This document shows, one piece after another, positions 57,215 to 64,000 of a stretch of DNA of 64,000 nucleotides. The stretch is taken from NCBI GenBank assembly GCA_047285535.1, contig JBJBDC010000001.1:2400136-2464135 (forward strand). The letters are read 5' to 3'. The notes under the pieces were generated by a model. The model did not search any database and was not told where the DNA came from. It saw only the letters and a program-made list of their open reading frames with translations. The position numbers and the translations under genes are program-made. Numbering within the stretch: the first letter of the stretch is position 1; each line of letters starts with the position of its first letter. This DNA comes from Synechococcus sp. (GTDB lineage: Bacteria > Cyanobacteriota > Cyanobacteriia > PCC-6307 > Cyanobiaceae).

Positions 57215-60200
57215 ATGAGTAATGTATTCAGCCAAGACGTCGTAGGCATTGAGTTAACAGGTCTTTCTTTGTCGTCTAAGATTATCAATCTAGATGGAAG
57301 TGACGAGAGGGTATGGGCCACAATTAACTTCCAGGAAGACTTGTCAGGTTTTGACAGAGGATACCTTGGCTATTATTCAAATGATTTAGATAAATACATC
57401 TCATTGCCTTTTATTTATGACCATGAGATAGATAAAACATCGGCTCAAGGTTATATGAATATTAATCAATATGCGGCAAGTGGAACTTACGAACTGGATT
57501 CAATTGCCCTCCATGATAAAGCTGGGAACTCGTTTTATGCCAATCATGACGATGATGGTTGGGAAGACTATCTTGCCAGTGCTGGTGTTGTTGACACGTC
57601 CTTCGAAGTTAAAAACACTAATCAGGATGTTGAAGGTATTGAGTTAACAGGTCTTTCTTTGTCGTCTAAGATTATCAATCTAGATGGAAGTGACGAGAGG
57701 GTATGGGCCACAATTAACTTCCAGGAAGACTTGTCAGGTTTTGACAGAGGATACCTTGGCTATTATTCAAATGATTTAGATAAATACATCTCATTGCCTT
57801 TTATTTATGACCATGAGATAGATAAAACATCGGCTCAAGGTTATATGAATATTAATCAATATGCGGCAAGTGGAACTTACGAACTGGATTCAATTGCCCT
57901 CCATGATAAAGCTGGGAACTCGTTTTATGCCAATCATGACGATGATGGTTGGGAAGACTATCTTGCCAGTGCTGGTGTTGTTGACACGTCCTTCGAAGTT
58001 AAAAACACTAATCAGGATGTTGAAGGTATTGAGTTAACAGGTCTTTCTTTGTCGTCTAAGATTATCAATCTAGATGGAAGTGACGAGAGGGTATGGGCCA
58101 CAATTAACTTCCAGGAAGACTTGTCAGGTTTTGACAGAGGATACCTTGGCTATTATTCAAATGATTTAGATAAATACATCTCATTGCCTTTTATTTATGA
58201 CCATGAGATAGATAAAGCATCGGCTCAAGGTTATATGAATATTAATCAATATGCGGCAAGTGGAACTTACGAACTGGATTCAATTGCCCTCCATGATAAA
58301 GCTGGGAACTCGTTTTATGCCAATCATGACGATGATGGTTGGGAAGACTATCTTGCCAGTGCTGGTGTTGTTGACACATCGTTTACTATTTCGCGCAAGG
58401 TAAGTGGAAATCATTCGCCAATCCTCAGCGGTACTCCTGTTGTTCTCGCCAATGGCACAGAAGATGTTGACTACATTCTTAAAGCCTCCGATCTGCTTCA
58501 GGGTTATAGCGATCCCGATGGTGATTCTCTTTCAGTAACTGACTTAACCAGTTCGGTTGGCTCTCTCACCAATAACGGCAATGGCACCTGGACACTGAAC
58601 ACTCCAAAAGACTTCAACGGTAAGATTAGACTTTCCTATTCAGTTGTTGATGGCAAAGGTGGTTCCCTTACTGCACAAAATAGCTATTCGCTGCCTGATC
58701 TAAACAAGTCGCCAAGCTTTCCTGCTTTCATTGAGCTGCGTGATCTTGATGGCAGTAATGGATTCAAAATCAATGGCATTGATGAATTTGATCGTCCATT
58801 TCGAGTCAGTGGCGCGGGAGATATAAATGGTGACGGTATTGATGATCTCATTATCGGTGCAACTGGGGCTTATGCAAATGGTAATGCTAATTCTGGAGAG
58901 ACCTATGTTATCTTTGGAAGCAATAAGGTTTTCAGTAGTAGCTTTAACCTTTCTGATCTGAATGGCAAAAATGGCTTCAAGATAAACGGCATTGGAAGGA
59001 ATGACTTTTCAGGAAGCTGTGTCAGCAGTGCAGGCGATGTCAACGACGATGGTAACGATGATCTGATCATCAGTAGCACGATGCGAAACAAGGTCTGGGT
59101 TGTTTTTGGTAGCAATAAGAGTTTCAGCAGCAGCATTGAACTTTCTGACCTAAATGGCAGAAATGGTTTCACCATCTATGGCTCAGGAGGCATTATTAGT
59201 GACGCAGGTGACGTCAACGGCGATGGTATCGATGATCTGATTCTTGGCGATGCTGGGGCAGATGCCAATTACAGGAGGAATGTTGGTGAGGCCTATGTGA
59301 TTTTTGGCAGCAAGTTGGGTTTCAACAGCAAATTCAATCTGCACTCTGGCGCACTTTCAAACCTGAATGGCGCCAACGGTTTTGAGATAATTGGTATTGA
59401 TCAAGATGACTACGCTGGCGGCTCAGTCAGTGGCGCAGGTGATGTTAATGGTGATGGTATCGATGATCTGATTATCGGTGCATCTGGAGCTGATGCAAAT
59501 GGTAAGCAAGATTCTGGAGAGACGTATGTTGTCTTTGGCAACAAAAAGGGTTTCAGCAGTAGCACTAAACTTTCTGAACTAAATGGCAATAATGGCTTCA
59601 AGATAAACGGTATAGGACAGCATGACAGATCAGGAAACTCAGTCAGTGGCGCAGGTGATGTGAATGGTGATGGTATCGATGATCTGATTATCGGTGCAGT
59701 ATATGCCGATGCAAATGGTAATGTACGGGCTGGGGAGTCCTATGTTGTCTTTGGGAATAATAAGGCTTTCAACAGCACCGTAGAACTTTCTGACCTGAAT
59801 GGAATCACTGGTTTTCAGATAAACGGTATCGACGCAGAGGACAGATTAGGAAGCTCCGTCAGTGGCGCAGGTGATGTTAATGGTGATGGTGTCGATGATC
59901 TGATTATCGGTGCATCTGGAGGCGATCCCAATGGCGACAAAATCGGTCAGGTCGGCGGTGCCGGAGAGACTTATGTGGTTTTTGGCAGCACTAAGGGTTT
60001 CAATAGCATCCTTGAACTTTCTGACCTTAATGGCAGCAAGGGCTTTAAGATTAATGGTATTGATACAGGTGACAGCTCTGGCGGCTCAGTCAGTGGCGCA
60101 GGTGATGTAAATGGCGACGGTATTGATGATCTCATTATCGGTGGAACTGGGGCTAATGAAAGTTATGTGGTCTTTGGCAGAAGCAGTTCCAATGACGACG

Positions 60201-63200
60201 AGCAAGGGAACAACAAACCTATTCTCAGGGGTACTCCTTCTTTCCTTGCTAATGGCGCAGAAGATCTTGCCTATGTGGTCAAAGAAACAGATCTTTTAGA
60301 GGGATATTCCGATCCCGATGGCCACAGTCTTTCGGTTGCTGGTCTAACAAGTTCGATTGGTTCTCTCATTGAAAATGGCAATGACACCTGGACTCTGAAT
60401 ACTCCAAAAGACTTCAACGGCAAGATTGAACTGTCTTATGCAGTCATTGACGGGAATGGTGGTTCTGTTGCTGCACAAAACAGTTTTTTACTGACCGCTG
60501 TTAATGACGTTCCGATTCTTAGCGGACACTATGTTGTTCTTGCCGATGGTACAGAAGATGTTGCCTACACAATCAAAGCCACCGATCTCCTTCAGGGGTA
60601 TAGCGATGTTGATGGTGATGTCTTATCTATTAGCGATTTGACTACATCGGTTGGTTCTCTCGCCGACAATGGTGACAGCACTTGGATGTTGACAACACCA
60701 GATAGTTTCAACGGAAGCATTGATCTGTCTTATTTCGTCATTGATGGCAACGGTGGTTCGATAGCTGCCACAAAAAAAGTCTCATTGACGGCCGTCAATG
60801 ATGCGCCCATTCTCACTCGCCCTCGTGTTGATCTTCGCCCTCCTGTTGATCTTGTCGATGGCACAGGAAATGTTGCCTACACAATCAAAGCCACCGATCT
60901 ACTTCAGGGGTATAGAGATTTTGATGGTGATGTCTTATCTATTATCGATTTGACTACATCGCTTGGTTCTCTCGCCGACAATGGTGACAGCACCTGGACG
61001 CTGACAACACCAGATAATTTCAACGGAAGGATGCTTCTGTATTATTCCGTCATTGATGGCAACGGTGGTTCGATAGCTGCCACAAGAGATGTCTTATTGA
61101 CGGCCGTCAATTATAATTATGCGCCCGTTGAGGACAAAATTATTGGTACGTCTTACAGGGATGTTGAAACAGCAGGCACGACAGATCTGGTGACAGACAG
61201 CCTCGGTGGCGTGTATGCGCGTAGCTTCGGAGGCACGCTTGATGCCATTACTTACAACGGCAGCCAGATGAAAGATGGCTTCTTTGCTGGATGGTCCATC
61301 AAAGGGGCGGAAACCATCGATGGTGTCAACAATGTCACCTGGAAACACAGCTCTGGTTCCATTTCAATCTGGAATACAGATGCCAATTGGAATTACACAG
61401 GTGGTGCGTTTTATGGCTCAGCGAATACCTCAGAAGGACTGCAGTGGGAAGCAGCTTTTGATCAGGACTTCAATGAGGACAAAATTATTGGTACGTCTTA
61501 CAGGGATGTTGAAACAGCAGGCACGACAGATCTGGTGACAGACAGCCTCGGTGGCGTGTATGCGCGTAGCTTCGGAGGCACGCTTGATGCCATTACTTAC
61601 AACGGCAGCCAGATGAAAGATGGCTTCTTTGCTGGATGGTCCATCAAAGGGGCGGAAACCATCGATGGTGTCAACAATGTCACCTGGAAACACAGCTCTG
61701 GTTCCATTTCAATCTGGAATACAGATGCCAATTGGAATTACACAGGTGGTGCGTTTTATGGCTCAGCGAATACCTCAGAAGGACTGCAGTGGGAAGCAGC
61801 TTTTGATCAGGACTTCAATGAGGACAAAATTATTGGTACGTCTTACAGGGATGTTGAAACAGCAGGCACGACAGATCTGGTGACAGACAGCCTCGGTGGC
61901 GTGTATGCGCGTAGCTTCGGAGGCACGCTTGATGCCATTACTTACAACGGCAGCCAGATGAAAGATGGCTTCTTTGCTGGATGGTCCATCAAAGGGGCGG
62001 AAACCATCGATGGTGTCAACAATGTCACCTGGAAACACAGCTCTGGTTCCATTTCAATCTGGAATACAGATGCCAATTGGAATTACACAGGTGGTGCGTT
62101 TTATGGCTCAGCGAATACCTCAGAAGGACTGCAGTGGGAAGCAGCTTTTGATCAGGACTTCAATGAGGACAAAATTATTGGTACGTCTTACAGGGATGTT
62201 GAAACAGCAGGCACGACAGATCTGGTGACAGACAGCCTCGGTGGCGTGTATGCGCGTAGCTCCGGAGGCACGCTTGATGCCATTACTTACAACGGCAGCC
62301 AGATGAAAGATGGCTTCTTTGCTGGATGGTCCATCAAAGGGGCGGAAACCATCGATGGTGTCAACAATGTCACCTGGAAACACAGCTCTGGTTCCATTTC
62401 AATCTGGAATACAGATGCCAATTGGAATTACACAGGTGGTGCGTTTTATGGCTCAGCGAATACCTCAGAAGGACTGCAGTGGGAAGCAGCTTTTGATCAG
62501 GACTTCAATGAGGACAAAATTATTGGTACGTCTTACAGGGATGTTGAAACAGCAGGCACGACAGATCTGGTGACAGACAGCCTCGGTGGCGTGTATGCGC
62601 GTAGCTCCGGAGGCACGCTTGATGCCATTACTTACAACGGCAGCCAGATGAAAGATGGCTTCTTTGCTGGATGGTCCATCAAAGGGGCGGAAACCATCGA
62701 TGGTGTCAACAATGTCACCTGGAAACACAGCTCTGGTTCCATTTCAATCTGGAATACAGATGCCAATTGGAATTACACAGGTGGTGCGTTTTATGGCTCA
62801 GCGAATACCTCAGAAGGACTGCAGTGGGAAGCAGCTTTTGATCAGGACTTCAATGAGGACAAAATTATTGGTACGTCTTACAGGGATGTTGAAACAGCAG
62901 GCACGACAGATCTGGTGACAGACAGCCTCGGTGGCGTGTATGCGCGTAGCTCCGGAGGCACGCTTGATGCCATTACTTACAACGGCAGCCAGATGAAAGA
63001 TGGCTTCTTTGCTGGATGGTCCATCAAAGGGGCGGAAACCATCGATGGTGTCAACAATGTCACCTGGAAACACAGCTCTGGTTCCATTTCAATCTGGAAT
63101 ACAGATGCCAATTGGAATTACACAGGTGGTGCGTTTTATGGCTCAGCGAATACCTCAGAAGGACTGCAGTGGGAAGCAGCTTTTGATCAGGACTTCAATG

Positions 63201-63235
63201 AAGACAAAATGATTGGAGCTGATCCACTTGCGTAG
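57215..63235 (+). CDS. Giant repetitive surface/adhesin-like protein (2006 aa)
   Basis: 3 x 130-aa repeats; cadherin-like Ig domains (NGTED..DLLQGYSDPDGD); about 7 FG-GAP repeats (AGDVNGDGIDDLIIGA..YVVFG); 3 more cadherin-like domains; 6 x 115-aa Trp-rich repeats. Confidence 0.92.
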   Translation: MSNVFSQDVVGIELTGLSLSSKIINLDGSDERVWATINFQEDLSGFDRGYLGYYSNDLDKYISLPFIYDHEIDKTSAQGYMNINQYAASGTYELDSIALHDKAGNSFYANHDDDGWEDYLASAGVVDTSFEVKNTNQDVEGIELTGLSLSSKIINLDGSDERVWATINFQEDLSGFDRGYLGYYSNDLDKYISLPFIYDHEIDKTSAQGYMNINQYAASGTYELDSIALHDKAGNSFYANHDDDGWEDYLASAGVVDTSFEVKNTNQDVEGIELTGLSLSSKIINLDGSDERVWATINFQEDLSGFDRGYLGYYSNDLDKYISLPFIYDHEIDKASAQGYMNINQYAASGTYELDSIALHDKAGNSFYANHDDDGWEDYLASAGVVDTSFTISRKVSGNHSPILSGTPVVLANGTEDVDYILKASDLLQGYSDPDGDSLSVTDLTSSVGSLTNNGNGTWTLNTPKDFNGKIRLSYSVVDGKGGSLTAQNSYSLPDLNKSPSFPAFIELRDLDGSNGFKINGIDEFDRPFRVSGAGDINGDGIDDLIIGATGAYANGNANSGETYVIFGSNKVFSSSFNLSDLNGKNGFKINGIGRNDFSGSCVSSAGDVNDDGNDDLIISSTMRNKVWVVFGSNKSFSSSIELSDLNGRNGFTIYGSGGIISDAGDVNGDGIDDLILGDAGADANYRRNVGEAYVIFGSKLGFNSKFNLHSGALSNLNGANGFEIIGIDQDDYAGGSVSGAGDVNGDGIDDLIIGASGADANGKQDSGETYVVFGNKKGFSSSTKLSELNGNNGFKINGIGQHDRSGNSVSGAGDVNGDGIDDLIIGAVYADANGNVRAGESYVVFGNNKAFNSTVELSDLNGITGFQINGIDAEDRLGSSVSGAGDVNGDGVDDLIIGASGGDPNGDKIGQVGGAGETYVVFGSTKGFNSILELSDLNGSKGFKINGIDTGDSSGGSVSGAGDVNGDGIDDLIIGGTGANESYVVFGRSSSNDDEQGNNKPILRGTPSFLANGAEDLAYVVKETDLLEGYSDPDGHSLSVAGLTSSIGSLIENGNDTWTLNTPKDFNGKIELSYAVIDGNGGSVAAQNSFLLTAVNDVPILSGHYVVLADGTEDVAYTIKATDLLQGYSDVDGDVLSISDLTTSVGSLADNGDSTWMLTTPDSFNGSIDLSYFVIDGNGGSIAATKKVSLTAVNDAPILTRPRVDLRPPVDLVDGTGNVAYTIKATDLLQGYRDFDGDVLSIIDLTTSLGSLADNGDSTWTLTTPDNFNGRMLLYYSVIDGNGGSIAATRDVLLTAVNYNYAPVEDKIIGTSYRDVETAGTTDLVTDSLGGVYARSFGGTLDAITYNGSQMKDGFFAGWSIKGAETIDGVNNVTWKHSSGSISIWNTDANWNYTGGAFYGSANTSEGLQWEAAFDQDFNEDKIIGTSYRDVETAGTTDLVTDSLGGVYARSFGGTLDAITYNGSQMKDGFFAGWSIKGAETIDGVNNVTWKHSSGSISIWNTDANWNYTGGAFYGSANTSEGLQWEAAFDQDFNEDKIIGTSYRDVETAGTTDLVTDSLGGVYARSFGGTLDAITYNGSQMKDGFFAGWSIKGAETIDGVNNVTWKHSSGSISIWNTDANWNYTGGAFYGSANTSEGLQWEAAFDQDFNEDKIIGTSYRDVETAGTTDLVTDSLGGVYARSSGGTLDAITYNGSQMKDGFFAGWSIKGAETIDGVNNVTWKHSSGSISIWNTDANWNYTGGAFYGSANTSEGLQWEAAFDQDFNEDKIIGTSYRDVETAGTTDLVTDSLGGVYARSSGGTLDAITYNGSQMKDGFFAGWSIKGAETIDGVNNVTWKHSSGSISIWNTDANWNYTGGAFYGSANTSEGLQWEAAFDQDFNEDKIIGTSYRDVETAGTTDLVTDSLGGVYARSSGGTLDAITYNGSQMKDGFFAGWSIKGAETIDGVNNVTWKHSSGSISIWNTDANWNYTGGAFYGSANTSEGLQWEAAFDQDFNEDKMIGADPLA
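57248..58377 (+). repeat. Tandem repeat, 390-bp unit x about 2.9
   Basis: Units start at 57248, 57638 and 58028; only internal difference seen is A>G at 58217. Confidence 0.97.
61129..63198 (+). repeat. Tandem repeat, 345-bp unit x 6
   Basis: Units start at 61129, 61474, 61819, 62164, 62509 and 62854; agcttcgga in units 1-3, agctccgga in units 4-6. Confidence 0.97.
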
Positions 63236-64000
63236 TTGAAGGTAAGGGAAGATGAAACCAATACAAATCAGACGAAGAGTTGTACTGCCGCCTTGAAGGC
63301 AACCAGCTTGCCCATCATCGTTGCAGGCAGTTAGTGGATAGTGGGTCTGATGGGTTTGCAGATCAGGAAGCGATTGCAGACATCTGGGATGATCCAGCAG
63401 GCAGAAGATCCTCCTGATTGCAAACGCGAACAGAGTGATGCCGAGATCGGAATTGCATCTGTCAAAGGGTGAGAGCAGTGCTCTCACTTTTCAGTCAAAC
63501 TGTTCTTATAGAGGATTGCAAAGGCACGTGCGTAGAGGGATGAGATGCGCTTCTAATTTTTTCTTAGAAGGAAATCTATGTGGATAATAAAAATCGATCT
63601 ATTGTCCTTATTGAGAGGCAAGTTCTCAGATGTTGTAATCCCTTGGTTTTGCCTAAGAGTCAATTTATGCCGTTTTCAGGCTTCGATGGAAGGCTTTTGA
63701 TAGTCGGCTTGATTGGGTGTTTTGTGGATTGCTGACACGATTCAGGCTTCTCGACTAGTCAAGGCAATGATCATTGCCCGTTTTGCCCATAAGAATGCGA
63801 TGCTGGTGTTTAAGGTTCTGTCAGAACTAAAGTGGCTGAAAAGGTGAATGCTGTCAAGTAATATCTATTTCTGCCTGCGTCTGGCCTTGCCCTTATGTCG
63901 TCCTATCAAATCATTCAATGTGATATACACAGTGAGTTGATTTCTGGAACCTATGAGACATTGGAATCAGCGAGAATCGCTTGGGATCAATTGATCGGTA

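Larger units (their letters stand above)
46191..64000. mobile_element. tRNA-Arg-anchored genomic island (right end not visible; no integrase in the window)
   Basis: Core genes stop right after the tRNA; arm-like repeats, duplicated fragments, hypothetical and defence-like cargo follow. Confidence 0.7.

Noticed and set aside
57248..63198. CRISPR array or DGR-like template/variable repeats
   Set aside because: Units are contiguous, in-frame 390- and 345-bp coding repeats with no spacers or adenine-specific variation; no cas or reverse transcriptase gene in the window
61094..63212. Series of 84-87-aa ORFs on both strands
   Set aside because: Alternative-frame shadows of the 345-bp repeat inside the giant CDS
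63236..64000. Possible genes or att site after the giant ORF
   Set aside because: No supported ORF and no copy of the tRNA-Arg 3' end seen

Overview
The window looks like part of a marine picocyanobacterial chromosome, probably Synechococcus (inferred from ndhS, the divergent rnpB/tRNA-Arg(CCT) pair, and GC-rich core genes among AT-rich islands). It has four parts. (1) 1-35.1 kb: a co-oriented, compositionally mosaic surface-polysaccharide (LPS/EPS) cluster with nucleotide-sugar enzymes, a dTDP-3-acetamido-3,6-dideoxyhexose module, about 13 glycosyltransferases, an ABC exporter, an EpsG-type polymerase and many tailoring enzymes. (2) 35.2-37.5 kb: decayed toxin-antitoxin modules (frameshifted HEPN with MNT; AbrB with a VapC pseudogene). 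(3) 37.8-46.2 kb: core genes (SLC13 permease, rimM, ndhS, K+ channel, rnc, rnpB, tRNA-Arg). A 778-bp direct repeat duplicates rnc around an AT-rich gene for a CMAH-like metallo-beta-lactamase-fold protein. (4) 46.2-64 kb: an island starting at tRNA-Arg. Its best candidate for a new system is a translationally coupled four-gene operon (48691-52666). It encodes a Zorya-like ZorA/ZorB ion-driven motor preceded by two unrecognised genes, with no recognisable zorC/D/E effector. The operon sits in a repeated 'A-cargo-B' scaffold and shares a candidate 7-2-7 operator with the upstream region of a 2006-aa repetitive adhesin-like gene next to an atypical NarL/LuxR regulator. All calls come from motif reading by eye; no searches were run.
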